The notes beneath the pieces were generated by a model, which was not told the origin of the DNA, ran no database searches, and worked only from the letters and a program-made list of their open reading frames with translations. Made by a program: the position numbers and the translations under genes. Below, piece after piece: positions 40,451-50,689 of a stretch of DNA of 64,000 nucleotides. Each line of letters starts with the position of its first letter. The first letter of the stretch is position 1. The DNA is taken from the NCBI GenBank assembly GCA_963793265.1, contig CAWBZI010000004.1, positions 288,001 to 352,000 of the forward strand. The letters are read 5' to 3'. Source of the DNA: an uncultured cyanobacterium. GTDB taxonomy: Bacteria; Cyanobacteriota; Cyanobacteriia; Phormidesmidales; Phormidesmidaceae.

Positions 40451-43324
40451 ATGAACAGACGTTTTCGCCTGCCCATTTTTACCTGCCTGCTTATAAGTGG
40501 AGCACTTGCACCCCTGACGATCGTCGCTGATTCAGCCTTAGCCGATTGCGTCGTAGAAGAGAGTACTGAAGAGAGCGCTCAGCCCGGCAACAACCCAACG
40601 TCGGGGCAAACGATTGTATGTGCGAACAATTTGGACAGTGAAGGGGTTAATGGGCCTGATGCTAATGAGGTCACTGTTGAGATTGAAGCGCCCTCGGGTG
40701 GTATTTCTGTGACAGGTCAGCCGGGCGTACTTTTGGGCGATGAGGCTACGGTTGATGTTGCAGGGCCAGGTAGGCCAGTGAGTACGTCTGGCGATCGCGC
40801 TGTTGCCATCGAAGTTCTCAACGGGGCTACTATCACTATTGAAGGTGTTGTCTCTACATCAGGCGGCACCTCGCCAGGCATTTCAACCGGCGATAACGCA
40901 GTTATTACTATCAGCGGCGGCACCGTGCGAACGGGCGGTTCTGAGTCACCTGCGATTACCGTGGGTGCGAACGCTACGGTAGAAGTCACAGGCAATGCCC
41001 GAATTGCAACTGGTAACTCTAATTCTGATGGGATTGTTCTATCAGGAGAGAATGGAACTTTAACGGTTGCAGAAGAGGCGATTGTCACAACCTCAAGCGG
41101 TCTGTCTAATCCCATTCAAATTGATGGTGCAAACAGTACTGTGAACGTGTTGGGTAATGTTCGTTCTTCTTCTGGTGATGCTACCGCTATTCTTGGCACC
41201 GCTCAAGATTTGACTATCAGCGTCAAAGATGGGGCCGTTGTAACAGCGCAGTCTTCCAACTCAAACGCGATTGAGATGACGAGCACAGGCGCTGTTATCA
41301 CCGTAGAAAATGGCGGCGAAGTGAAAATTTCTTCAGGCAATTCTGCTGCTATTATCTCAGGAAGCGAGGCCACTGTTGAAGTAGACGGAACAGTATCAGC
41401 ATCCTCATCAGCCAGTCAGGGCATTGTTTTGGGAGATAGATCATCGCTAACGGTTCAATCTCGTGGGGTTATTGAAACCTCATCGTCAGAGTCTCAGGCT
41501 GTCTTAGTCGGTGAGATGGCAGAATCTGCAACGATCACGGTAGAGCGCGGCGGCAATATTGATGCTGTTGGGGCTCAAGCAATTGTTGATAAGGGCATGA
41601 CCAATACGACTGTTGTTGTAGACGGTACTGTATTTGGCGGATCTTCGGAGCCTGTACTAGATATGGGTGCAGGTAGCGATACGGTGACTGTGAACGGTAC
41701 GGTTAGGGCAACTAGCGCATCGACTGTGATCGATTTAGGCGCTGGTGACGATACGCTTAACGACAACTCAAGCCAAACGATTGCTGGGCCGGGTACGCTG
41801 GTGTCGGCTGGCGATGGGATGGATACGCTAAATATTAATAATGGTAAGCCCAACAACTCGTCTAGCTATGCGGGTTTTGAAACGACTAATGTCGGCGCTA
41901 ACAACAATCCTGACGATCCGGCTAACGGTAGAGACTCTACGCTAAACGTAGACGACGATCAGTCTGGCAACCAGATTAATGCTCAATCGGGTGGACGCGT
42001 TAATGTTCGAAACGGCGGTACGGCAAACGTAACCGCCGATAACGAAGGTCAAACTGGATCTGGGCAGCAGGGCGGTGAGACGACTTTTGAGGAGGGTTCT
42101 ACCGCTAATGTGCGTTCGGAGAATCGGACGGGCCCGCAGGCTACTCAAGAGTTTACGAACACTACGTTCGCAGAGGGTACTCAGGTGCGTTCAAGCTCTG
42201 GGTTTGTGAGGGGACGTGCTTCTAATAATGCAGAAACGCAGCGAGGCGAGATTGCTTTAGAATCGGATTTTGCGAATAGTGCTAAGACAGAAAACGCCTC
42301 TGGATTTGGAGATGCGCTGAATGCTTTAGCGGAAGCTGAAGATCTGACGGTAGAACAACAGGCGGCGCTTGATGACTTAATTGGCCAAGCGCCAACGGCT
42401 GATGCAGCTAACGCGTTGCTATCTCAGCTATCGGGTGAAATTGGTGCGCAGACAGCAGCCAGTGGGATGCAGGCAGCAACTTTGTTCAACGATGTTTTGC
42501 TGTTCTCTGACGGTTTCGAGATAGGAGATAATGGCGCTTGGGTGTCTGGGTTTGGTGAGCTGGTTGACGTGGATGAAAATTCAGCATCGGCGGACTTTGA
42601 TGCTAATACCTACGGGCTAGCAGTTGGATATGAGCGGGCGATCACACCCATTTCCCAGTCGCCCATCACAGTCGGCGTTGGCTTCGGCTACTCTAATACA
42701 AACGTCAACGGAATGGCAGATTCTGCTGATATTGACGCCTATTCTGTGGGTACTTATGTTGAGGGCACGCGCGGCGCAATGACCGGCAGTGTGGCTGCTT
42801 CCTATAGCTATCAAAATATCGGCGGTAGCGAGTCGGGCACTGACGGCAGCGGCAACGTGTTTGTGGCGTCTTCTGAAGGCTTTTACGACTTGAGCAGCAG
42901 CCCTAATTTTGCAGTTGGCCCCTTAGGCCGAATTGGTGCTGCTTTTGGCAACTACAGCGGCTTCAGTAGCGGCAATGATGTTTTACAGGCGACCTATGAC
43001 AATGCCAACGTCAGTCAGCTATCGGCTGGACTAGGCGTCCGCGTAGGCGGCAACACTCAAACGGGCGCGGGCCTTGTGTCTTACAACCTCGATTTACTTT
43101 ATGAAGGATTATTAGGCAGTAACGAAGCTGAGTTTGACGGTCAACTCGCAGATAGCAGCGTGAGTGTGGCTGCTCCTTTTGCTAACGACGACAGCTTTTT
43201 AGTCGGTGCTGAAGCCGGTATTGCCTTCTCGAACAATACTTCTCTCAGACTGCGATATGAAGGCGCACTCGGCAGCGATATTCGCTCTCATACCGGCGAA
43301 ATTAAGTTTGCTGTTGACTTCTAG
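40451..43324 (+). CDS. Autotransporter-like (type Va) outer-membrane protein with beta-helical passenger
   Basis: Signal peptide, repeated TxGxxSxGI / VTV beta-helix units, RTX-like GAGDDT motifs, linker LSQLSGE, C-terminal barrel from NGAWVSGFG to terminal VDF. Confidence 0.82.
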   Translation: MNRRFRLPIFTCLLISGALAPLTIVADSALADCVVEESTEESAQPGNNPTSGQTIVCANNLDSEGVNGPDANEVTVEIEAPSGGISVTGQPGVLLGDEATVDVAGPGRPVSTSGDRAVAIEVLNGATITIEGVVSTSGGTSPGISTGDNAVITISGGTVRTGGSESPAITVGANATVEVTGNARIATGNSNSDGIVLSGENGTLTVAEEAIVTTSSGLSNPIQIDGANSTVNVLGNVRSSSGDATAILGTAQDLTISVKDGAVVTAQSSNSNAIEMTSTGAVITVENGGEVKISSGNSAAIISGSEATVEVDGTVSASSSASQGIVLGDRSSLTVQSRGVIETSSSESQAVLVGEMAESATITVERGGNIDAVGAQAIVDKGMTNTTVVVDGTVFGGSSEPVLDMGAGSDTVTVNGTVRATSASTVIDLGAGDDTLNDNSSQTIAGPGTLVSAGDGMDTLNINNGKPNNSSSYAGFETTNVGANNNPDDPANGRDSTLNVDDDQSGNQINAQSGGRVNVRNGGTANVTADNEGQTGSGQQGGETTFEEGSTANVRSENRTGPQATQEFTNTTFAEGTQVRSSSGFVRGRASNNAETQRGEIALESDFANSAKTENASGFGDALNALAEAEDLTVEQQAALDDLIGQAPTADAANALLSQLSGEIGAQTAASGMQAATLFNDVLLFSDGFEIGDNGAWVSGFGELVDVDENSASADFDANTYGLAVGYERAITPISQSPITVGVGFGYSNTNVNGMADSADIDAYSVGTYVEGTRGAMTGSVAASYSYQNIGGSESGTDGSGNVFVASSEGFYDLSSSPNFAVGPLGRIGAAFGNYSGFSSGNDVLQATYDNANVSQLSAGLGVRVGGNTQTGAGLVSYNLDLLYEGLLGSNEAEFDGQLADSSVSVAAPFANDDSFLVGAEAGIAFSNNTSLRLRYEGALGSDIRSHTGEIKFAVDF

Positions 43325-43349
43325 ACGCGTTGATTTTAGATATCGATTC

Positions 43350-45098
43350 TTAAATGCCGTGGCTTTTGCCGATGACCCAGCTACGGCGGAAGTAGCGGGC
43401 GAGGCCGGTTTCGGTGAGGGTAAGGCAGATGGGGCGTCCGTGGGGGCAGGTGCGCGATCGCTCTGTTCGCTGCCACTGATTCACAAGCGTTTGCATCTCA
43501 TCAACGCTCAACGGTGTGCCGTTACGAATCGCCGTCCGACAGGCCGTTGCCACTAAGGCCGCTTCTAAATTCGCGCCCGAGCTGAGTTCTCTAATCGCAT
43601 CTGCACTATCTTCTCTATCTTTTAAGGGCTCGGGAATGGTGCGAATAGCCCACAGGTTTTCACCAAAAGGAGAAACTTCGATTTCAATTTCACTCAGGCG
43701 CTCTACCTGCTCTGGCTTCAGGTTGCTGAGGATAATAGGAGACTCTAGTGAAACCATTTGCCAGCGCTGCTGAAGCTGTTCGTAGAGCACACGTTCGTGA
43801 GCAATATGTTGTTCTATCAGGCACAGTCCGCCTGTATGTTCGGCCAGAATGTAGGTGTTGTGGACTTGGGCGATCGCCTTCAGCTCACTCGGCCCGCCAA
43901 CCGGCAAGGTATCCGATAGGTTAACGGTCGCTTCTGTCGGCTCAGGCTGCTGTACTTGTCGCGGAACACTGTAGTTTCCAGCTTGCTCAGCAGCTTTGAT
44001 TAAGGTAGTAGCTCTATGGGTCTGAGCCGTCTCGTTAAGCGTGTCTAGCTTGAGTAGATTTTCGATAGTGTTGGATATGCGATCGCTCAAACTCTCCAAA
44101 TCCTGCACATAAATCTCGGACTTTGCCGGGTGTCTGTTCCAGTCAAGCTGAGCGGGCGGTAGGGTGAGGTGTAAAAAACAAACCGGATAGCGATCGCGTG
44201 GCAGCGTGCGCCGAAAGCTGTTGATAATCGCGTATGAAATCTCGCTAACGTCTACAGGTCGTCCGTTGATGGCGACGCGCACCCAGTCAGGACGCCTGCG
44301 ATGGCAGCGATCAGGCAAGCCCACAGCGATATAGAGCCCATCTGCTGTTGTTTCGATAAGGTCGGTATCGTATACGTTACGCAGCATTTGTGGCATGAGC
44401 GTTTTTGCCGTTGCGCCCGGCCAAAACGAAAGCCAGGGGGCATCGTCTTTTTCTATTTGCCAAATTACCTGTGGGTGGCAAAGTGCAAGCTGTTGAATGA
44501 GCTGGGTGACGGCTTTGGTTTGTTGGGGGATTGACGGCACCTGGCGGCGGGCAGGCCAGTTTTGGAAGAGATTATCTGCGGTGACAATGGTGCCGGGGGC
44601 GATCGCAACTTCTTTAATTTGTTCCACTTCACCTTCGCTGCCATAGCAAAGGTGATAGCCCTGCGAGTGAACGTCTTGTGACTGAACAGACTGTGATTGA
44701 ACAAGCTGAGGGCGGCTGCAAATTTCTAGCTGGGCGAGCTGGCCGATGCTGTGTAGCGCTTCGCCCCGGAATCCTAAGCTGCTCACGTTTAGTAAATCAG
44801 GGCGGCTAGAAATTTTACTGGTGGCGTGAGCGATCGCAGCCTGCTGCAAATCAGCCAAATCTATGCCCACGCCATTATCAGCAACCCGCACCCGCCACTG
44901 CTCGGGCCACAGACCGATCGAGATCCGGGTAGCTCCAGCATCTAAAGCATTTTCAACCAGCTCGCGCACAACTGCCGAAAGCGAATCAATTACTTCCCCA
45001 GCAGCCATCAAAGAGACAATCTCTTGCGTAAGAGGCTGAATGTTCGATATGGCGCTGGGTGTGCTTTCAGGCGCGTTTCTACTAGGGATTTTGTCCAT
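43350..45098 (-). CDS. mutL: DNA mismatch repair endonuclease MutL
   Basis: AAGEVI, ELVENALDAGA, HATSKI, GFRGEAL, EQHIAHERVLYE, ACR, CPHGRP. Confidence 0.95.
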   Translation of the reverse strand: MDKIPSRNAPESTPSAISNIQPLTQEIVSLMAAGEVIDSLSAVVRELVENALDAGATRISIGLWPEQWRVRVADNGVGIDLADLQQAAIAHATSKISSRPDLLNVSSLGFRGEALHSIGQLAQLEICSRPQLVQSQSVQSQDVHSQGYHLCYGSEGEVEQIKEVAIAPGTIVTADNLFQNWPARRQVPSIPQQTKAVTQLIQQLALCHPQVIWQIEKDDAPWLSFWPGATAKTLMPQMLRNVYDTDLIETTADGLYIAVGLPDRCHRRRPDWVRVAINGRPVDVSEISYAIINSFRRTLPRDRYPVCFLHLTLPPAQLDWNRHPAKSEIYVQDLESLSDRISNTIENLLKLDTLNETAQTHRATTLIKAAEQAGNYSVPRQVQQPEPTEATVNLSDTLPVGGPSELKAIAQVHNTYILAEHTGGLCLIEQHIAHERVLYEQLQQRWQMVSLESPIILSNLKPEQVERLSEIEIEVSPFGENLWAIRTIPEPLKDREDSADAIRELSSGANLEAALVATACRTAIRNGTPLSVDEMQTLVNQWQRTERSRTCPHGRPICLTLTETGLARYFRRSWVIGKSHGI

Positions 45099-45126
45099 GG
45101 CTAACATTCTAGCGAGCCAGACTCAG

Positions 45127-46620
45127 TTACTGCTTTGCCTTCAACTCAGCGCCCAGATCGGGGCTACGTCGCCACTGCGTTTTTTGTTCGTAGGCATAGG
45201 CCATTTGCAACAGCCTAGCCTCTTCAAAGGGCTTAGCCATAAACTCTATGCCTACAGGAAGCCCTTTTTTAGAAAAGCCCGCGGGTACGGTAATCGCTGG
45301 GTAGCCGCAGGCCGCTGCTAAAAAGCCGTTGCGCTCTTTTTGAGTTTTGCCAATGGAGGCAACAATTTGGCGCTGATGCGGATAGATTAAGGCATCCAGA
45401 CGATAGTGTTGGTAAATATGAGCAAGCATTTGGCGAAGTTCGGCGCGGCGCGGATAGAGGCGCTGCCAGTACTCTTCATTACCCAGCGGGCTATCTACCG
45501 CCGCCATCTCTTTGACGAGCGATCGCACAGAAGGCAATATCTGACCCTTTTTGAGCAAGTCCTTAAAGCGTTTGACGGGCGCAGCTTCACCCAGATCGTC
45601 TAAGTAATATTCAAAGTGCTGCTTGCCCTCCAATACGGTCAGCGACAGCTCCTCAATCATTTTCTCAATGTCGATGTTCACGGCAACTTCGACTATCTGG
45701 GCCCCTAACTCTTCCATCGTTGCGATCGCCTGATCCATCAGGCTATTCACTTCCTGATGAACCTTTTCTGGCCCAAACAGGCTGCGCACGATGCCTAACC
45801 GCGTTCCATTCAGTCCGCGGATTTGTAATAAATGCTGATAGCTGCCTCTAATTTGCACAGCGCCCCGAGCAGTCACCGGATCGTGCGGGTCATCCACACC
45901 AATGACTTCTAATAAGGTGGCCACATCGGCAACCGTGCGAGCCATAGGGCCGATGGCGTCTTGCGAGAGACTAACCGGCATGAGGCCATCACGGCTCACC
46001 AGGCCAGCGGTGGGCCTGAGGCCGACAATGTTGCAGGCTGAGGTAGGCGATCTCACTGAATTAATCGTGTCGGTGCCGAGTCCTGCGACGGCTAGATTAG
46101 CTGCGATCGCCACCGCTGTACCGCCACTAGAGCCGCCGGGGGTGTAGTCGAGCTGATAGGGGTTTCGCGTTTGTCCGCCCAGGCTGCTGAGGGTTTCGCC
46201 GCTGTAGGCTAGCTCGTGCAGATTGGCTTTGCCTAAGATGATGGCCCCTGCTTCGCGAAGCTTCATCACCACAAAGGCATCAGCGGGCGGCTGAAGGTTT
46301 TTGAGGGCTATGCAGCCGCCGGTTGTGGGCATATCAGCCGTATTGATGTTGTCTTTAATGACAACTGGAATGCCGTGAAGGGGGCCTTTTAACTGGCCCG
46401 CGGCTCTCTGTCGATCTCGTTCTCTGGCTGTTGCTCTGGCCTTTGAATTAACGGTAATCAGGGCGTTGAGCTGGCCGTTAAGCTGCTCAATCTGCGCCAG
46501 GTAATAGTCCACTAGGGCGGTGGCACTGGTTATTTCTTGCGCCATAGCGTTTTGAAGGTCTGCTATGGTCGCTTCTTCAATTTCAAAAGCGCTAGACACA
46601 GCGGTTTTTGGATTCGCCAA
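45127..46620 (-). CDS. Amidase signature family protein
   Basis: LHGIPVVIKDNI, PGGSSGG, GTDTINSVRSP; start uncertain. Confidence 0.88.
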   Translation of the reverse strand: MANPKTAVSSAFEIEEATIADLQNAMAQEITSATALVDYYLAQIEQLNGQLNALITVNSKARATARERDRQRAAGQLKGPLHGIPVVIKDNINTADMPTTGGCIALKNLQPPADAFVVMKLREAGAIILGKANLHELAYSGETLSSLGGQTRNPYQLDYTPGGSSGGTAVAIAANLAVAGLGTDTINSVRSPTSACNIVGLRPTAGLVSRDGLMPVSLSQDAIGPMARTVADVATLLEVIGVDDPHDPVTARGAVQIRGSYQHLLQIRGLNGTRLGIVRSLFGPEKVHQEVNSLMDQAIATMEELGAQIVEVAVNIDIEKMIEELSLTVLEGKQHFEYYLDDLGEAAPVKRFKDLLKKGQILPSVRSLVKEMAAVDSPLGNEEYWQRLYPRRAELRQMLAHIYQHYRLDALIYPHQRQIVASIGKTQKERNGFLAAACGYPAITVPAGFSKKGLPVGIEFMAKPFEEARLLQMAYAYEQKTQWRRSPDLGAELKAKQ

Positions 46621-46835
46621 CCTTATGGCCTCGGTATCGGGGTTGCAAACTTAAGAAGAGCTGGTATCAGGCTTTGTCTTAACTTTTTCTTTATGTTTTT
46701 ATTTAGAAGTAGTTTACCTTTCTCAATACGTTTGATAGGGCTACTTCACATTTGTATAAGAAATGTGTTGCTAGCAGGCTTTGCGGTAGGCTGCGCAGGT
46801 TATGGGTTTTGGGAGAGGGTAGGTGTGGTGAGTCA

Positions 46836-49019
46836 GTGGTGACAATCGGGCGGCAAGTGGCTTTTCGATTCGTGGTTATGTTGGTGGCTGCAGCTATTGG
46901 CTTTGGGTTGATAGGTGGATGGGCTGAGGCGATCGCTGCTGGCTCAAGCCGTCCTGCTTTAACGCTAGCGACGCTTAGCCGACAGATTGCCGCGCCGATT
47001 CGGCAAAGCGGGTCTATGGTGGTCGATCTCAAGGGCTTCACAATTGACTTGCGCCCAAGTGAACTGCGCTCAGAGCCTGCTATCAAGAGCATCACAGCCG
47101 AACAGTTCTATCAGCAGTTGCAAAAGGCTATGAATGGTTCAGGGCCTTTGGGATTGGACTTGAGCAATGCGCTGATTCAGGGCGATTTTGATTTGGCGCG
47201 GCTGAGTTTGCGCCTGCCTGCCTATGGCGGTGTGGCGCTGCCTGCGCTAGATGAGTTTAATCAGACGCTTCAAGCTGCTCAGTCGCCAACTGGGGCTTTG
47301 GCGCGATCGCTTCTAATCGGGCCGCTTTTAACCCAGCCACAGCGCCCACAGCTAGACACGCTGGTCTTTCAGGGGCCGCTGTTGCTCAGCCAAACCTGCT
47401 TTAACGGTGCCTTTAAAGCTGCCGATCTGTATTTGCTGGGGCCGGTGGATAGCGATCGCGCTATTTTTACTCGAATGGCAGACTGGCACGGGGCAAAGTT
47501 TGCTCGGAGTGCAAATTTTAGCGAAGCCCAGTTTCAGCAGGAAAGTACCTTCCGCTCAGCGCTATTTGGCAGCAGAGCGCGTTTCAGTCAGGTGCGCTTT
47601 ACCGGCTTTTCTAACTGGCAGGGAGCGGCTTTCAACCAAAGTACGAGCTTTGCGCAGAGTGACTTTCAAGGGGGCACTTTTTCTAGAGCGCACTGGCAAA
47701 CGAACGCCGACTTTGACAGGGCTGTCTTTCACGGAGCGATTAGCTTTCAAAAGGGACGATTTGACCAGGCGCTTTTTTTGACAGACGCTCAGCTTGAAGC
47801 CGCTGCAAATTTTCGTCAGGCGCAGTTTCAAGCGCCCGTGAGCCTGCGAGGCGCGCGTATCCTCAATCAGCTTGATTTTGGCGATGCGCGCTTTGCCGGG
47901 GGCGTGACAATCAACGTGGCCGATCTTGACTTCAATGCGGGGGAGGCGAAAATTTTAGGGACGCCGGGGCAGATTGGGCGCGTGTTTTCGGTGCCTGCCC
48001 TAGCGAGTAACGAAACGGTGCTGCGTAATTTGGTGCGCAACTTTCGGCTGCTGGAGCAGGTGAGCGATGCGAATCAGGTGGAGTATACGACTGAGCGGCT
48101 AAGGCTATCGCAAATTCGGCGGCATGTTTTTGGGGTGAGCCTGAATCGGGCCACGCCTGAGCAGTGGGCAAAGCTGGGGCTGAATGCGGTGCAGGTGGCG
48201 GCGGTGATGGGGCGCGATCGCCCTTTTGTGAGCCGGTCTGATTTGCTGGGGATTGATGAGATTGATTTGGCGACGTATTTGAAGGTGCGCGATCGCGTGA
48301 CGGTGCAGTCAACCAGTGGGCTAAACCGACTGGGCTGGCTGGGCCGCTGGCTGTTCCTTTCGGGGCTGTTGCTGCTGTCAGGGTATGGCACTAATGTCGG
48401 CCTGATCTTTAGCGTGGGGCTGGTGGCAACGACGCTGTTTGGCCTGATGTTTTGGGGGGTGGATCGCTATAGGCGGCGAGTGCCTACGCCGATTGCGCCT
48501 GAGTCAGCCGAAGCGGTGGCGATGGTGATTGGCGGTGGATTTGGGCTATTGGTTGCGCTAGGGGGCTTGAGCCAGATCGGTGATTCTCCGGTGAGAACGC
48601 TGGTGGCGGTGGGTGTGCTGGTGCTGCCGGTGCCGCTGGTGATGATTGCTAGGCTCTATCAGCAGGGGCGCTATCACGATTTGATGGACAGCAGCTATTT
48701 TGTTAAAAACGGGGCGCTGCGGAGGCTACAGGTTTTGATTGCGCGGCTGCCGGTTGTGCCACAGTGGCCTTTTTATCGCGATCGCTATCTCCCTTTACTC
48801 ATCGATCGCCGCTGGAGCTGGCTCAACTATTACGACTTCAGCTTTAATAACTGGTTCAAATTTGGCTTCAACGACATTCGCCTGCGCGATCAGGCAGTGC
48901 CTGGGCTCGTGAGCGCGCTGGTTTGGTATCAATGGAGCCTTGGCGTTGCCTACGTTGTGCTGCTGCTCTGGACGCTATCGCGAACGATTCCGGGGCTGAA
49001 TCTGCTGCTCTATTTCTAA
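46836..49019 (+). CDS. Pentapeptide-repeat (AxFxx type) membrane protein with HhH-like segment
   Basis: About 10-residue AxF repeats, LNRATPEQWAKL...FVSRSDLLGI segment, C-terminal TM helices; start uncertain. Confidence 0.75.
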   Translation: MVTIGRQVAFRFVVMLVAAAIGFGLIGGWAEAIAAGSSRPALTLATLSRQIAAPIRQSGSMVVDLKGFTIDLRPSELRSEPAIKSITAEQFYQQLQKAMNGSGPLGLDLSNALIQGDFDLARLSLRLPAYGGVALPALDEFNQTLQAAQSPTGALARSLLIGPLLTQPQRPQLDTLVFQGPLLLSQTCFNGAFKAADLYLLGPVDSDRAIFTRMADWHGAKFARSANFSEAQFQQESTFRSALFGSRARFSQVRFTGFSNWQGAAFNQSTSFAQSDFQGGTFSRAHWQTNADFDRAVFHGAISFQKGRFDQALFLTDAQLEAAANFRQAQFQAPVSLRGARILNQLDFGDARFAGGVTINVADLDFNAGEAKILGTPGQIGRVFSVPALASNETVLRNLVRNFRLLEQVSDANQVEYTTERLRLSQIRRHVFGVSLNRATPEQWAKLGLNAVQVAAVMGRDRPFVSRSDLLGIDEIDLATYLKVRDRVTVQSTSGLNRLGWLGRWLFLSGLLLLSGYGTNVGLIFSVGLVATTLFGLMFWGVDRYRRRVPTPIAPESAEAVAMVIGGGFGLLVALGGLSQIGDSPVRTLVAVGVLVLPVPLVMIARLYQQGRYHDLMDSSYFVKNGALRRLQVLIARLPVVPQWPFYRDRYLPLLIDRRWSWLNYYDFSFNNWFKFGFNDIRLRDQAVPGLVSALVWYQWSLGVAYVVLLLWTLSRTIPGLNLLLYF

Positions 49020-49176
49020 CCTCTCTGAATTTTTGCGCGTCTTCTGCTCAACGCGGCCTACGTAGGGAGCGTAAATATACGGATTTTTTGAGACTACGAG
49101 CCAATCGAATCAACGTTCACTTCCGTATTTTCTGCGAGGCTCCTGCGCCTTGCTTACCCGAAAATAGAATCACTTC

Positions 49177-49192
49177 TGTAGAGCGCGTTACA
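49177..49192. promoter_or_regulatory. Candidate NtcA box
   Basis: TGTA-GAGCGCGT-TACA = GTA-N8-TAC with flanking T/A, 6 nt after a TAGAAT hexamer. Confidence 0.35.
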
Positions 49193-49264
49193 CAACCGTT
49201 TGTTTTTCCCGAGGGGCTTGGGAATGGTGAAAGGCTTTTGTATCGATGTCCTTACAGGTGAGCA

Positions 49265-49303
49265 GCCTGACCCTGGGGGCTTAAAGGGGTCAGGCATTTT
49301 TTT
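49265..49303 (+). terminator. Intrinsic terminator, plus strand
   Basis: GCCTGACCC...GGGTCAGGC followed by ATTTTTTT. Confidence 0.7.
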
Positions 49304-49340
49304 GTCTTTAAATAGTTCGGCCAGATAATCTGGCTTTTGA

Positions 49341-50177
49341 CTACAAGATTTTATCGAGTCCGTATACCAGTGACTTGAGCGGCAGCACGCGGCGAATAGA
49401 GAGCAAAACGCCGGGCATGTAGCAGACGCGATCGCTGGTATCGTGACGCAGCGTATAAGACTGACCCGCCGCGCCAAAAATAACCTCCTGATGGGCAATC
49501 AAGCCCGGTAGTCTGACGCTGTGAATCCTCACGCCATCTTCGGTTTGGGTGCCCCGAGCGCCCGCCATTTTTTCCGTCTCCTCTACCTCGGGCGGATTGT
49601 AGTTTTTGTTTAGCTCTGAAAGCATCTCAGCCGTTTTGACCGCCGTACCGCTAGGCGCATCGGCCTTTTGGTTGTGGTGTAGCTCAATGATTTCGACGTG
49701 ATCAAAATGAGCCGCCGCCTGCAGCGCAGCCTGCTGTAAAAGCACCATGCCAATTGAAAAATTAGGAATCAGCAAGCAGCCCGTACTGGCCTTATCAGCA
49801 AAATCCGCCAGATCTTTAATTTGCTCAGTGCTCATGCCTGTAGTGCCCACGACCGGACGCACGCCGTAAGCCAGGGCAGCTCGCACCGAGCCATACACGC
49901 TGTCGGGATGCGTGACATCTACCATCACCGCGCTACCGCCTTTGGGAGCTTCATTTTGCGCCATCACCAGCGTGGCTTCTAGGTCGTTCATCACCGGGAT
50001 TTCGAGGGGGCCTGTGCCGACTACCTCACCAATGTCTTCGCCAATAAACTTAGGATTGCGGTCGATTGCGCCGACTAAGGTCATGTCATCGGCTGCTGAG
50101 ACGGCCTTGACGATGGCCTGGCCCATTTTACCAAGGGCTCCGTTGACGACGACGGGAATTTTTGCGGTTTCGCTCAT
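49341..50177 (-). CDS. dapB: 4-hydroxy-tetrahydrodipicolinate reductase
   Basis: [34 protein letters not shown]. Confidence 0.97.
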   Translation of the reverse strand: MSETAKIPVVVNGALGKMGQAIVKAVSAADDMTLVGAIDRNPKFIGEDIGEVVGTGPLEIPVMNDLEATLVMAQNEAPKGGSAVMVDVTHPDSVYGSVRAALAYGVRPVVGTTGMSTEQIKDLADFADKASTGCLLIPNFSIGMVLLQQAALQAAAHFDHVEIIELHHNQKADAPSGTAVKTAEMLSELNKNYNPPEVEETEKMAGARGTQTEDGVRIHSVRLPGLIAHQEVIFGAAGQSYTLRHDTSDRVCYMPGVLLSIRRVLPLKSLVYGLDKIL

Positions 50178-50326
50178 ATCAAAAAGTCAGCTTGAAGTCA
50201 GCTTGCGTAGGTTTGGCTAGCGCCATTGTACAAACGAAGCCTGGCTATAAAAAACAAAAGGAAGGCTACTTTTGCCTCCCTTCTAAGCGATTCAATCATC
50301 ACTGATGAATATTTAAAGGTCTTTTT

Positions 50327-50689
50327 CTAGCCGACTTCGACCTGCTTAGTATCTACCGCATCAGTACCGTCAACGCCTTTGGCAACTTTGACCATTTTAT
50401 CGAGGATGTCTTGGCTAGGCACTTTGCCTTTGAGCACAACGGTACCGCTGGTTTGAGCGACCCATAGGGTATCGATGTCGTCTAGCTGGCTGTCTTCGTC
50501 GTAGGCAAGGGCAACGCGCTTGGCTAAGCCACTTTCGTCAAAGTCACCGTCGAGGCCGATTTTGTAATCAGGAACGTCATCGGATTTGTCACTGGATTTG
50601 CTGCTGGCGGCTTTGGCAATGCCACGCTTGATTTTTGACGACGCGTTGGCTGGCTTATCTTTGCCAAAAATTCTACTGAAAAAACCCAT
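50327..50689 (-). CDS. BON-domain protein
   Basis: GTVVLKGKVP...AKGVDGTDAVD BON pattern; no signal peptide. Confidence 0.75.
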   Translation of the reverse strand: MGFFSRIFGKDKPANASSKIKRGIAKAASSKSSDKSDDVPDYKIGLDGDFDESGLAKRVALAYDEDSQLDDIDTLWVAQTSGTVVLKGKVPSQDILDKMVKVAKGVDGTDAVDTKQVEVG

